From assembly GCA_963808625.1 (NCBI GenBank), contig CAWEHK010000021.1, positions 1 through 64,000 of the forward strand: 64,000 nt of DNA. The letters are read 5' to 3'. Numbering within the stretch: position 1 is the stretch's first letter; the number at the start of each line of letters is the position of its first letter. A model generated the notes under the pieces. It was not told the DNA's origin and ran no database searches. It saw only the letters and a list, made by a program, of their open reading frames with translations. Of the stretch, positions 42,883-53,910 are shown piece after piece. This stretch comes from an uncultured delta proteobacterium (GTDB lineage: Bacteria; Desulfobacterota; Syntrophobacteria; Syntrophobacterales; Syntrophobacteraceae). A program made the translations under genes and the position numbers.

Positions 42883-44210
42883 GCATGCAGCCTTTCCTTG
42901 CCACCCTATTCAAGGAATTGCGCCTGCTCTACCGCGACCGGGCCGGGTTGCTCGTTCTTTTTATCATGCCCACCGTGCTGGTCGTGGTGGTTTCGCTGGT
43001 CCAGGAAAACGTGCTGAAGGCGACGGGCACGCCCCACATGGACATCCTCTTCATCGATCAGGATCGCCAGGATTTCGGCAAGCTCATCCGGAAAGAACTG
43101 GAGGCCCTCGAATCCGTGACGCTGATCACGTCGCTGGACGGGCAGGCGATAGGGTCCGACCAGGCCAGGGCCCTGGTCGACAAGGGCCGGTACCAGGTCT
43201 GTATCGTCATTCCGGCAGGGCTCACGGAAGCGGTTCGCGCCCGCGCCATCGAACAAATTTCGGATGCCTTCTCCGGCCGCTCGGGAGAGGGCGCCCTGCC
43301 CCTGCCCCACGTGCCGGTTTATTTTGATCCCCTGGTCCAGGGCGCCTTTCGCTCTTCCCTCTTGAATGCTCTGAAATTGATGCTCCTGGCCATGGAAATG
43401 GAAATGAAAGCCAGGACCCTGGCGGCATCATTGCCGGCCCAGCTCGAGCAGACGCTGAGTGCCCTTGCCGACCAAATACCCCTGGACCCGGCGACCTTCC
43501 CCAAATTTCAAATGGATCCGGGCTGGGGCAACCGACGTTTGCTGGATGTCGTGGCAGCACAAAGCAGTTTGCGGAAATTGCCGACATCGGTGCAGCAAAA
43601 CGTCGCGGCATGGTCGGTATTCGGCATCTTTTTCATCGTGCTCCCCCTGGGAGGCACCATCATCCGGGAACGCAAGGACGGCACCCTCGCCCGCCTGAGA
43701 ACGCTGCCGGTTCCCTATCTCACCCTGCTGGCTGGAAAACTGGGCGCCTACGTCACCGTCTGCTGGGTGCAATTCCTGTTCATCGTCCTGATGGGAAAAA
43801 CCGGTCTGCCCCTGCTGGGGACACCTGTTCTCAGCCTTGGCTCCGACACCGCCGCCTTGGTCGTTACCGTTACGATGATCGCCCTGGCGGCATGCGGCTA
43901 TGGCCTGATGCTCGGCACCCTCGCCCACACCTTGGAGCAGGCCAACATGTTCGGAGCGGTCTCGGTGGTCTGCGCCGCCGCGCTCGGCGGCACCATGGTC
44001 CCGGTCTACGTTATGCCCCCGCTCATGCAGACGATCAGCCTGTTCTCGCCTTTAGCCTGGGGACTCAATGCACTGGTGGAGATTGCGGTGCGCGACGGCA
44101 CCCTGGGTTCGGTCCGGCACGAACTGCTCTCCCTGACCGCGTTCTTTGTGGTGACCATGGCCATCGCCTGGACCCGCTTCGGCCGTTTCGACCGCCAGGC
44201 GGAAACGTAG
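42879..44210 (+). CDS. ABC-2 exporter permease
   Basis: KELRLLYRDR..LFIMP; SVQQNV; RERKDGTLARL; LGGTMVP. Confidence 0.9.
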   Translation: MSMQPFLATLFKELRLLYRDRAGLLVLFIMPTVLVVVVSLVQENVLKATGTPHMDILFIDQDRQDFGKLIRKELEALESVTLITSLDGQAIGSDQARALVDKGRYQVCIVIPAGLTEAVRARAIEQISDAFSGRSGEGALPLPHVPVYFDPLVQGAFRSSLLNALKLMLLAMEMEMKARTLAASLPAQLEQTLSALADQIPLDPATFPKFQMDPGWGNRRLLDVVAAQSSLRKLPTSVQQNVAAWSVFGIFFIVLPLGGTIIRERKDGTLARLRTLPVPYLTLLAGKLGAYVTVCWVQFLFIVLMGKTGLPLLGTPVLSLGSDTAALVVTVTMIALAACGYGLMLGTLAHTLEQANMFGAVSVVCAAALGGTMVPVYVMPPLMQTISLFSPLAWGLNALVEIAVRDGTLGSVRHELLSLTAFFVVTMAIAWTRFGRFDRQAET

Positions 44211-44284
44211 TACATTTCGGCAGAAATCATCATTCATTTTATGCGAGAAATCGAGCAGCTACCTTCCTTCACGTGAAGAAATGA

Positions 44285-44435
44285 ATTTCAAATATCGAAC
44301 AAAGAAATCCGAATGATGAAGTCTTCCTGGATTTTGCTGTCCAGTTTTAATGCCCACCACAAATCTTCAAAGCTGGATTTCCCTCAATCCTTTGACGTTC
44401 TGCGGTTCCTTGTTCGATATTCGATATTCCGCTGA
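44285..44435. repeat. Intergenic inverted repeat between convergent genes
   Basis: aatatcgaacaaagaa ... ttccttgttcgatattcgatatt. Confidence 0.6.
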
Positions 44436-44494
44436 ATTTCGTCTTTTTGCATACCGAGGGGGAAGAACTGGGTTTGGACCTGCGCCGGTGGGTA

Positions 44495-45392
44495 CTAAGG
44501 CTGTGGATGCCCGCGGTTCGGGTCGTGATGAATTTCATCGTGGTACCCTGCTGCAGCGATCATCACCGGCCGCCTGATCAAATCCGCGAGCGGAAGGATC
44601 TCCAAGCCTTTCTCCGGGATTCCCCTTAGCACCAGGTCGACCTCAGCGACCCAGCGGGGCAGCAGAGAAGGGTGGGGCAGGTTGTCGTGCAAGAGCAAAA
44701 TGTCATTGGCGCGCACGCGTCTTAAGATATTTCGTGCCAGATTGGTTACCCGTCGATTCCCGGCATCCCAGGCCCGGCAGCTGAAATTGACGACGAACAT
44801 GCCTTCCTTGTCGCATGACCCGGCGCAATTGCGGGGAGGTGATGGCCATGGGCGGCCGGTAGGCCAGGGCGACGATGCCGAGGTCCTTCAAGGCACGCTG
44901 GGTGGCCTCAATTTCGTGCTCCATCGTTTGGGTACTTCGAAAGGCGCCCAGCATGTCGTGGTGAAAAGAATGATTGGCCAGGCTATGCCCTTGCGCGAGG
45001 ATTTCTCTGACCAGTTGAGGATACTTGACGACCCGGTGACCGATTACAAAGAACGTCGCAGTAGCCCGATGTTTTTTCAGCAGCCGCAGCAGTTCCGGTG
45101 TGGTCAGCGGATCGGGGCCGTCGTCGAAGGTGAGGGCGACGGCCTTTCGGTCGCATGTTCCCCGGCTGACCACCGGCAGGAAAAAGCTGGAAGACGGGAT
45201 GAACGGGGCCGTCATGCACAACGTCAGAAATACCCCGAGAGGGACCACCGCCAGGCGCAGGTCCACCCATGCCAGAAGTACTGCGGCCAGGAAGACGACG
45301 CATCCCGTGCGTCCCATCGGCGACTGCGGCAGGTACTTCCGGAGAGTGTTTCTGATGGCACCCGACATGTTTTCTTCGAAAACAGGCATCAC
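44495..45392 (-). CDS. Membrane-anchored polysaccharide deacetylase family protein, frameshifted near 44810
   Basis: ALTFDDGP, ANHSFHH, YRPP, DILLLHD. Confidence 0.88.
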
Positions 45393-48300
45393 GCTTTCCT
45401 GGCAACCACCCAGACGAGTTCTTCATCGCACCCGGACGCGAGGGACTGTTCCACCTGAAAGCCCGCCTGCATGACCATGCTTTCCAATTGATGCACGGGC
45501 CGGTAATAGGCCGGAATCCGAGACAACTGCAGCAGCAGGTTGTGGTACCACCACGCCCAGGGCAAGCGCCGCTTCGGCAGCAGCGAGGCCCGGATAAGCA
45601 GCCTCCCGCCATCGCGGGTGCGTTCCCGCAAGCGTTCGAGCGTTTCCCTGAAATCCTCGTCCGTGAGGAAATGAACCATGTCGATCATCGTGGACAAATC
45701 GACCTGATCGCTGACCTCGGGGATCTCCGGAGCCCGGCCCTGGACAATAAGACCTCGGTCGCCCACTGCCATGGCCGCGATCCTGGCCCGCTCCGGCGAT
45801 GGCTCAACCCCGTGCAGGCGCGCCCCCGTGAACCGTTCGAGAAACCAGCTGGCGGGGACGCCGTAGCCCGTGCCAATGTCTCGAATCATCTTGAGGTCGC
45901 CATCGCCTCGAAACATCTGCTCCATTTCGGGGAACATCGGGTCCTGGCGCATCTTGAACCGTGCAAAGAGCCTTGGATAGGCCTCCAGGTAGCGGTACCG
46001 GTTCAATACCCGCTCCTGGATGGTGCTTCCGGTGACCACCCGTTCTTGCCGGAGCTTTTGAATGCGAGTGAGCACGGGCGGCAGAATCAAGAACGTCCCG
46101 ATCATCGAGTAAGCGATACCCAGAAACGCGGTTGCGCCGGTGCTCTGGAGCACGGAGTGGTCGGCCCCCCACATGGCCCCGAACCCGAGCAAGGTGGTTA
46201 CCGCGGAAAGAAAGACAGCCATGCGAATCTGGCTGAAGGACGGATGATCCAGGGTGGCGTAGCGCTGAAAGGACCGCACGTAGAAGATGGAGTAGTCGAT
46301 CCCGAGCCCAAAGACGATGATCGAGAGCATCAACCCGGGGATGTCGAGCGGCCGCCCCATGATGTTCAAGGTACCCAGGGTGCCGATCATCGCAAAGATC
46401 GAGGGCAACATGCACGCCAACGTGAGTGGCCAATCCAGCAGAAAAACGGCGACGAGGACGAAAGAGCAGATGACATTGATCAGAAAGAATTTGAGAGCGG
46501 TGCTGAACAGAAGGTCCCCGATGCTTTTGGAAAAGAATTGGGGATCGAACACCTTGACGGAGGACCTGTAGGCTTCGTAAAACTGCCTGGCGTCGTAACT
46601 CGGCCCCGTGGTCACAGTAGATACGAGGACCCATTGTGACCCATCCGCATTCCTGGTAATTCCCAGGAAGCCGGGGAACTGATCGAGGAGTCGAACATTC
46701 TCGGCGGGTGGAGAGGTTTCGCTCACCAGGTGGTAAAAGGCGGCGAAGGCATCATCGGCGAATCCCATCGAAGCGGACGAGGTCTCCGATGGTGCGCTTC
46801 AAGGTGCCGATTCGTTCAGGACTCCAGAACTCTCTCCAGGCATCAAAATTCTGCTGCCGGAGCGTCGCTCCCGGGACGATCATGGAGGGCGTAAAGCCTG
46901 AAGATAAGACCCCCGAGCGCAGATCCGAACGGATCTTTTCCGTAAGTTCATCGCCCTGGTGCTGGAGTTCCTCGAGCGATTGCGCCTCCGCCAGCAGGTA
47001 AACCTTGTCGAACAGGCCGCCCCACACCTCGGTGAGCAGCTTTTCCGCCGCAATGGTTTCGGCCCCGACGGTATTCATGGCCTGCAAGCTCACATTGAAA
47101 ACCGGCCTGGCAAAAAAAACCATAACGGCGGCAAAGATGGCCGCACCCCACAACCCTGTCCGACCGGTGCCGCCGAACGCATCCGCGACCTTTTGCAGGT
47201 GAAGCGACCGCTGGCCGCCGGGGGGCAATACCGGAAAGATCCTCTGGAAAACCAGGTGCACGATGAGAAAGCAGAACCCCAGACCCATCATCGTGAACTG
47301 CCCCAACTGAACGAAGACCGGAAACTCACTGAAACACAGCACCCCAAATGCCGCAACGGTGGTCAGCACCGCCAGCAGGCTCATGTCCCAGACCTCATGG
47401 GACGCCTCTTTTCCGAACGTATTGTAGGGCCGGTCCAGGAAGAGGAGGTAGGCGATGCCCTGATCGACGGTGAAGGATATGATCGCACCCCCAAAACCAA
47501 GAACCAGGATCGAGATGGACTGGTGGAAAAGCGAAAAGACGAAATAGGCGAGCATGGTTCCGGCCATCGCCGGCAGCAGGGAAAAAAGACCGATCACCGG
47601 CCGGCAGAACGAGAAAACGAGGAGCACCGCAATGCCGACGGTGGACAGCGTCACCGCAAAGCCGATGTCTTTCTTGATGATCCGCTGATTGTCCAGGGCG
47701 GCCCGATAGGCCCCGGTCGAGGTCAGAGTGACCTGCTGGCCCCCATGGCCATAGGTGTGGTTGACCTCGTCCGCAATCCGGTTCATCCGCTCCATGATCA
47801 AACCGGCAAATTCGGTCGCCGTGCTCGAGGCAATCGGGCTGGCAATGACCAGCAGGTGCCGGCTGTCGGCCGACAGAAGCTGTCCCCGAGAGACGCGGGC
47901 ACCGGTGGTTGGAATCAGGTGCGACATTCGTCTCAGAATCAGGCTGCTCAGATTCAGAGGGTCTGCGGCAATCATGGCCTGCTGGCCGATGCTCTCCAGC
48001 CCCAGTAAACCGGTATGAATCTGTTCCAACCGGCCCTGCACTGCCCCCGGCTCCAACAGCGGCTGCACCTGGTCCCGCAACTCCTCGGCCGAAAAGAGAA
48101 CCGGCAGGTTTGCCGACACGTAGGCGAGCATATCCGGCATGAGCGCCTGCGCGTCTTCCATGCCGACACTCTTGAACAACCCGCTCTCCTTCAGCCGGGT
48201 TTCGACCAACTTGCCGCAGGCGATCAGGGCATCCAGGTCAGCGTGCTTCAGGGAGACGTCGACCACGACCTGGTTTTGCATGGGGTGATGCAACAGCAGG

Positions 48301-48464
48301 TAGGTGGCATCAGCAATGATGGGGTCCGTCTTGGGAAGCGCGCCGATGATATCCGTGTCGATCTCGAGCCGATGCAGGCCCCAGGCGAACAGACCGACCG
48401 TGACCAGGAGGGTGAGCACCAGGAAGCGCCAGTTTAAGGGCAACGATTTCAGCACTGGAAGCAA
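45389..48464 (-). CDS. MMPL/RND-family exporter with C-terminal SAM-methyltransferase-like domain, frameshifted near 46770
   Basis: Two TM blocks (TVDQGI; GLGIDYSIF) then DIGTGYG motif. Confidence 0.8.
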
Positions 48465-48471
48465 CCTTCCG

Positions 48472-49206
48472 TCAATGGCCGGCGACCAGCATCAGCAAGA
48501 CCATGATTAGAAAAACGTGGACCCCTATGACCAGCCACCTGTTGCGGTGATAAAATTCGTCCATCTTCTGGATTCTTAAGAGCCCTCCCCAGAACCTTCG
48601 CCATCGGTCCACCTTCCAGAGGCGCACGTTGTCCGTGCGCGCGTTGCTCTGAAAGGCAAATGACGGGTAGGCAGCGAAATAGGCTTCGGCCCGGCCACGC
48701 AATACCACATCAAAAGGCACCTGCCGCCACGGGAGGGCGAGCAAAGTTTCGGCAAAACGACGTTGCACCACGTAGGCGTGAGCAAGGCTGCGATAACGCA
48801 CCTTCAGCACGGAGGCGTTTGCGGTTTTCCGGCTGCTCGATGTCAGGCAGCCGAAAAAGAAGACTTTCCAGTCATCGTACGTGGAAAGGAAACGGACGCA
48901 ATCCGACAGTACGCGGGCGCTGAATCGGTCAAAAACGATATCGTCTTCAAAAATGAGCATGGTCCGGGCGCCCGCCTGAATCCCTCTGCGGAAGCATTCC
49001 AGGTGAGACTCGTAGATTCCCCGCTCGATGTCAACGGGATGTTTCTTCACGATGACAAATTCGACCCGGTCCGCCAGGCCGACGGCGCGAAACTGCCTTT
49101 CTGCCTCCTGCCGACGGTCTTCGCGCTCGTCCAGCGAGATGCAGTAGGTCTTGTCGAAAAAGGCCCAGAGGGCGGAAGGTGATGAAGCTTCGGTCGTTTG
49201 TCTCAA
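48472..49206 (-). CDS. Glycosyltransferase family 25-like protein
   Basis: YCISLDEREDRR, GIYESHL, LIFEDD, AHAYVV. Confidence 0.8.
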   Translation of the reverse strand: MRQTTEASSPSALWAFFDKTYCISLDEREDRRQEAERQFRAVGLADRVEFVIVKKHPVDIERGIYESHLECFRRGIQAGARTMLIFEDDIVFDRFSARVLSDCVRFLSTYDDWKVFFFGCLTSSSRKTANASVLKVRYRSLAHAYVVQRRFAETLLALPWRQVPFDVVLRGRAEAYFAAYPSFAFQSNARTDNVRLWKVDRWRRFWGGLLRIQKMDEFYHRNRWLVIGVHVFLIMVLLMLVAGH

Positions 49207-49426
49207 GCGAACCCAACCCTGTTCAGTTTGCCAACCGGGCAGGAAAGGCGAAATCAGGGTCGATGGGCGAGGGCCGACTCCTGAATCGCTGTCTGCACGG
49301 GGTTACGGAAAACGCGTTTGCTTAGCGCCGGATTTGCTGTATAGCATATTCTCAAGGCGCATGGCACAGGAATGCGGGTGAGCAGTTACCTTTTATCGTT
49401 GAAGACCGGGCGCCGGGAATGATTAT

Positions 49427-49786
49427 TTGAACGTGATCTCAAGAATCGCCAACAGAATCGCGAACACCCCTTACGCGCGAAAGGCCGTCGAGGAAAAGGC
49501 CGACCTGAGCGCTTTCAAGCAAAAGCCGACGGCCCGAATCCTCCTGGGGGTGTTCCTGATCGGCTTCAGCTACGTCATCGGGTGGCCGGCCATCAGCGCT
49601 TTGACCGGCCTGGCCATCTACCTTAAAGAGCCTTTAGTGGCGGTCATCGGTGCGCCGTTGGCCTACGGTCTTTCACATCTGGTTTTCATCGCGGGGATGT
49701 ATCTGTCCGGAGCCAAATATTCAGCCATTTTTCTGCGCTGGGCGACACGGGTTGCCGTTGAAAAACTGCTGACAAAACAGACGTGA
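49427..49786 (+). CDS. Small membrane protein
   Basis: Two hydrophobic segments; no family recognised. Confidence 0.6.
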   Translation: MNVISRIANRIANTPYARKAVEEKADLSAFKQKPTARILLGVFLIGFSYVIGWPAISALTGLAIYLKEPLVAVIGAPLAYGLSHLVFIAGMYLSGAKYSAIFLRWATRVAVEKLLTKQT

Positions 49787-49866
49787 TCCGGATCTCGATG
49801 AGGGCACCATAGAACCAACCGCGCCGGCCTGAACGCGATCCCACGCAGCGGCCGGGGCAACGCCGG

Positions 49867-50865
49867 CTACCAGGGTATAAACCGGTAAAGCTTGGCAAAC
49901 ATTTCGTAGACTTCGATCCAGTTCTGTAAGTCCCTGGCCGATCCCATATGGGCGCGCTTGTTCACCATCACCCAGCTCATGTGGGCCGCACCGTCCTTGC
50001 AGGTGCTGCAGTCCCGGGTTTCCGAAGTGCAGCAGCGGTGCATGGTGTGGAGGTCCGACGCCCAGCGGATGAACTCGATCAGCCGCTTGGGGGCAGGGTT
50101 GCGGCGGTCGAGGGGCTGGGTGACGGAGGGACACTCGTTCCAGCCGAAGCTCCGGCCCTGCATGGTCCCGGTGGTAATGATTTCGTGGTAATATTTCGAG
50201 GAGATGACGGTGTCCGGATACCGGTCCAGCATCCCATCCATTTCAACGCGAATCGCTTCGAGCTGCGGCGGCGTCCATGAAAACCCGTTGACGCCTTCAT
50301 CGTTGGAAAGCAGTTGCATGTGAACCTTCAGGCCCACGTCCCTGATCTTGCGTACGATCCTCTCCGTCTTTCCGATCTGTCGCGGGGTAATGGTGTAGAG
50401 ATAGTAGACATGGGGGTCGCCCGCGTAATTCCGGCTCGAAATGCTGAAGGTGTCCTTGCCGCGCAAAATCGTTTCGTCCTGCTCGTCACCCCACAGGGAG
50501 ATCCCCAGCATCATGTCCGGAAACCGGTCCCGGGGGATCTTGATCAGGCCGTTGGTGGCGCAGAAGGTGGACAGGCGCTTGTAGAAGGCCTCGACCCGGT
50601 CCAGGCAAAGGGTGGGTTCTCCGCCGATCAATATGGCCAAGTTCACCCCGCGCTGCTTTTCCCGGTCGACGAACGCCTCCCATTTGCGAATATCCATTTC
50701 CTCGGGGGCGGCCTTGTCTTCGTCCGAGGAGAAGAAGAAACAGCCCTTGCAGCGCAGGTTGCACCGGTTGGTGACATCGTAGATGGAGCTTCGAATGTTG
50801 AGCTTCGAGATCCTTTTGTAGCGCTCATGCCATTCGGGGTTCAGCAACGAACTGACGGTCTGCAT
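49867..50865 (-). CDS. Radical SAM protein
   Basis: YDVTNRCNLRCKGC, GGEP, C-terminal CC....DCSTC. Confidence 0.88.
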   Translation of the reverse strand: MQTVSSLLNPEWHERYKRISKLNIRSSIYDVTNRCNLRCKGCFFFSSDEDKAAPEEMDIRKWEAFVDREKQRGVNLAILIGGEPTLCLDRVEAFYKRLSTFCATNGLIKIPRDRFPDMMLGISLWGDEQDETILRGKDTFSISSRNYAGDPHVYYLYTITPRQIGKTERIVRKIRDVGLKVHMQLLSNDEGVNGFSWTPPQLEAIRVEMDGMLDRYPDTVISSKYYHEIITTGTMQGRSFGWNECPSVTQPLDRRNPAPKRLIEFIRWASDLHTMHRCCTSETRDCSTCKDGAAHMSWVMVNKRAHMGSARDLQNWIEVYEMFAKLYRFIPW

Positions 50866-50912
50866 CCAAACACTCCTTAGAAATACTCCAGGTACGCCCC
50901 AGCCGGCACCTG

Positions 50913-52316
50913 TCAGAAAAGCCCGGCCCCGGGCGGAGCGATCGGGGAATCCGAAAGGTTGGGTCCTTTTTCATACCCCATGACCCAGACGGCAAGGTAA
51001 GTGTCCACATAGTCGAGCCACGCCTTGAAGGTTTCCGGATCGGCGGCGTGGCGGAACATCCGGGCCGTGACGACGGCACTCCCCGAGGCATAATGCCGGC
51101 AGTCCCGGCAATCGGTGTCCGGCACGCAGCAGGCCGCACCCCGATCCCAGGACAGGTCCGCCCGATACTGCCGGAACGACCGCCCGAGACCGATGTCGGT
51201 CGACGGGTTCATCCGCGGGTAGGAGCAGCCGAACAGGTCGTGCAACCCCAGGGTGTGCGTGTGGGCGACGGTGCTGTAGGGGGAGAAAAGGACGCTGCGC
51301 GGATATTTCCCCAAAAGGTCAATCATGGCCGTTCGACATCGCCTGAGCGAAGCGGCCGTGTGGCGCAGGCTGCCCTCGTATCCCACCGGCGCCGAGAACA
51401 TGTTGAAGGTCAACCGGCACCCTGCGGCGGCCAGGACCCGGACGACCGGCTCGGCCTGGTCGATGTTTTCCCGCGTGAAGGTGTAGACAAAAACGGCCCG
51501 GGGGTCGCCCCGGTAGTTTTCGATCTGGCGTTCGAGCATGTTCCTGGCCTTGCGGATAGCCAGGCTGGTCTCATCCGATCCCCACACGGAAATGTGAATT
51601 TTGTACTGGATGGTTTCCGGCATGGAGATCAGGCCGTTGGTGGCGATGGCCCCCAGGGGCATTTCCTGACAGCAGACCTCGCAGAGTTCGGGAACCAGCG
51701 ACGGTTCGGCGCCCGCCAACACCACGTAGGTGATTCCCCGCGCCTTCTCCGACTGCATCAGCCGGCGCCAGGCCTCGGGGTCCCGGTTTTCCCGCACAAA
51801 CTGCTTATCGCCTTCATAAAAGTAGCACCCGTCGCACCGGATGTTGCAGCGGTTGGTCATATCATAGGTGGATTCGCGCAGGAAAAACCATTTCTTGACT
51901 TTCTGCCAGCGCTCCGAAATCCGAGGATCAGCCAGGATGTCTGAAAATTTAATCCCGTTTTCGGGCACCGGGCTGCCCTCCCCACCGGATGTTGCGGTCG
52001 TGATCGCCATGGGTCTCTCCAGGGTCAGGCCAGCGGCCTTCTCAGCGGCCTTTTCCTGCAACTTCTTTTCGATATGCTCCGAAATCAGCTGAATCGTGGT
52101 CAACTTCGGATAGTCATCCTCATCGATTCGAATGCCGTATTGGTCCCGAATCACCAGCGCCACCGTGGCCAGATCCATACTGTCGATACCCACTTCATCC
52201 ACCAGGTCGATCCCCGGGTCAAAGGTCTCAGGCGTCACATCCGTCAGTTTCAACTCGTCAATGAGAATTTCGGCAACACGGAGAATGATTTTGTCGACGC
52301 TCTTGTTTCCGGTCAT
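50913..52316 (-). CDS. ACP (DSMD) in frame with a radical SAM protein (internal ATG near 52010)
   Basis: GIDSMDLA; YDMTNRCNIRCDGC, GAEP, CC....DCRDC. Confidence 0.85.
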   Translation of the reverse strand: MTGNKSVDKIILRVAEILIDELKLTDVTPETFDPGIDLVDEVGIDSMDLATVALVIRDQYGIRIDEDDYPKLTTIQLISEHIEKKLQEKAAEKAAGLTLERPMAITTATSGGEGSPVPENGIKFSDILADPRISERWQKVKKWFFLRESTYDMTNRCNIRCDGCYFYEGDKQFVRENRDPEAWRRLMQSEKARGITYVVLAGAEPSLVPELCEVCCQEMPLGAIATNGLISMPETIQYKIHISVWGSDETSLAIRKARNMLERQIENYRGDPRAVFVYTFTRENIDQAEPVVRVLAAAGCRLTFNMFSAPVGYEGSLRHTAASLRRCRTAMIDLLGKYPRSVLFSPYSTVAHTHTLGLHDLFGCSYPRMNPSTDIGLGRSFRQYRADLSWDRGAACCVPDTDCRDCRHYASGSAVVTARMFRHAADPETFKAWLDYVDTYLAVWVMGYEKGPNLSDSPIAPPGAGLF

Positions 52317-52340
52317 TATGTCCCACTCCTTGCTCTCAAA

Positions 52341-52709
52341 TTAAACCCCGCCAGGATTGACGGGATCGTTTCGTTTTTCCAGCGTCATCGTGCCGGTGCA
52401 CGCGATGTCGTCTCCGGCCGTGATGCGAAAGGCATAAAGACCGGGCCGGTTCTTCTGCGGCAGAACGGTAATCTTCAGGCAATCCCCCGGCCGGATCATC
52501 TTCTTGAATTTGATCCGGCTGAAACCAACAACCCTGAACCGTTCGTCCAGCGCCTTGCACGCGGCTTCATAGACCATCCCGAGTTGAGCGATCCCCGGAA
52601 GAATCGGATCTCCGGGAAAATGACCGGGAAACCAGGAGGATTCCGGAGGCAGGTGCACTTCGGTATACCACTCGCCCGTCTCGATGCGTTTCAACCGTGT
52701 TGAGGTCAT
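52341..52709 (-). CDS. FabA/FabZ-like (ApeI-like) dehydratase
   Basis: WFPGHFPGDPILPGIAQL, IKFKKMIRPGD. Confidence 0.88.
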   Translation of the reverse strand: MTSTRLKRIETGEWYTEVHLPPESSWFPGHFPGDPILPGIAQLGMVYEAACKALDERFRVVGFSRIKFKKMIRPGDCLKITVLPQKNRPGLYAFRITAGDDIACTGTMTLEKRNDPVNPGGV

Positions 52710-52753
52710 GCCACATGCAATTCACGCCTTGCGGTGTTGGAAAACCGCTTCGA

Positions 52754-53020
52754 TTATCGTATCAGTATGGGGGAGTTCTTGGAGATATAAGCAGCCAGGG
52801 TCGATAAGCTCGCAAAGACCTTTTCGCCGAGTTCGCGATTATCGATCCGCAGCCCATAATCCTTTTCGATCATGATGACCATCTCGAGCACATCGATGGA
52901 ATCCAGTCCGAGACTGCCGCCTACGAGGGGTCCGTCGACATCCACATGGATTGATGGAAGATTGGCCAGGTCCAGGATACTGACTATTTTCACCTTGAGA
53001 TCTTCGATCAGCTGTTCCAT
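52754..53020 (-). CDS. Acyl carrier protein
   Basis: LGLDSIDVLEM. Confidence 0.9.
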   Translation of the reverse strand: MEQLIEDLKVKIVSILDLANLPSIHVDVDGPLVGGSLGLDSIDVLEMVIMIEKDYGLRIDNRELGEKVFASLSTLAAYISKNSPILIR

Positions 53021-53352
53021 TCGATTTTCCGCAATATAAAGTGATGACCGTGAAGCAGTTTCAATGATCGTATCGAGATATCCTGTGGGCTTTGGCACGT
53101 CTGCAGGCTTCGGAGGCGCACACCCATGATTTCTTTACAATCCCGGGAAACTATTGTATCGTTTTCGCCTCCACCATTCAAAGGCCTTGCGCGGCATCGC
53201 CGGAGGCTTTTTCATGATTCAAACGCAAAAGCGATTCTTTGGAAGGTGATTGAAATTCGATTGATTTCATCGGGATGCAAACCCATGTCACCTGTTGTCA
53301 AAGTGAGAACTTATATTGAATTTCAAGTTTCTTTTCAATCCTTTTTATTTGC

Positions 53353-53802
53353 ATGCAGGGCCACATGAACCCGACGGATGTGAAACCCGACAGCATCCTC
53401 CCCCACCGGGAGCCCATGCTGCTGATCGAAGAGATCCTTGTGCTGGACGACAGCTGTGCCGTAACGCGGTCCGTGGCCACTGACAAATGGCCCCTCTGCG
53501 ACGGTCGGAATGTAAGCGCTATCGTTTTGATCGAGCTCGTGGCCCAAACCTCCGGGATTCACAATGGATTCATCAGGGAGAAGAGGGAAGGAGCCGCCGC
53601 GGGCACGATGGGGTGGATTGTCGGGATCAGGCAGGCGCGGTTTTTGGTGGACCCCCTGCCGGTGGGCACCGAACTCGTCACCAGGACCGAAAACCAGATG
53701 GAATTCGAAGGGTTTCGCGACATCTTCGGCAGGGTCGAAATTGCCGGAGAGATGGTGGCTGAAATCGCTCTGCAGCTGCTGCGAGCCACCCCCACGGCCT
53801 GA
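53353..53802 (+). CDS. Hotdog-fold dehydratase (ApeP-like)
   Basis: LPHREPMLLIEE, LIELVAQT, GWIVGIR. Confidence 0.82.
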   Translation: MQGHMNPTDVKPDSILPHREPMLLIEEILVLDDSCAVTRSVATDKWPLCDGRNVSAIVLIELVAQTSGIHNGFIREKREGAAAGTMGWIVGIRQARFLVDPLPVGTELVTRTENQMEFEGFRDIFGRVEIAGEMVAEIALQLLRATPTA

Positions 53803-53910
53803 CCACCAGCCGCCGGATTCAATGTCACAGGCTGGGGAGGAGTCCCCAGCCTGTGACGTTTTAATCATTGTTATCTTATTTGGGCATTGGAGAGGAATAC
53901 TGGTACCCGA

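Noticed and set aside
29323..53802. Ladderane biosynthesis cluster
   Set aside because: KS plus radical SAM content is suggestive, but DarB/BtrH/ABC/deacetylase genes fit the DAR/flexirubin type better and no phytoene-desaturase-like gene is seen.
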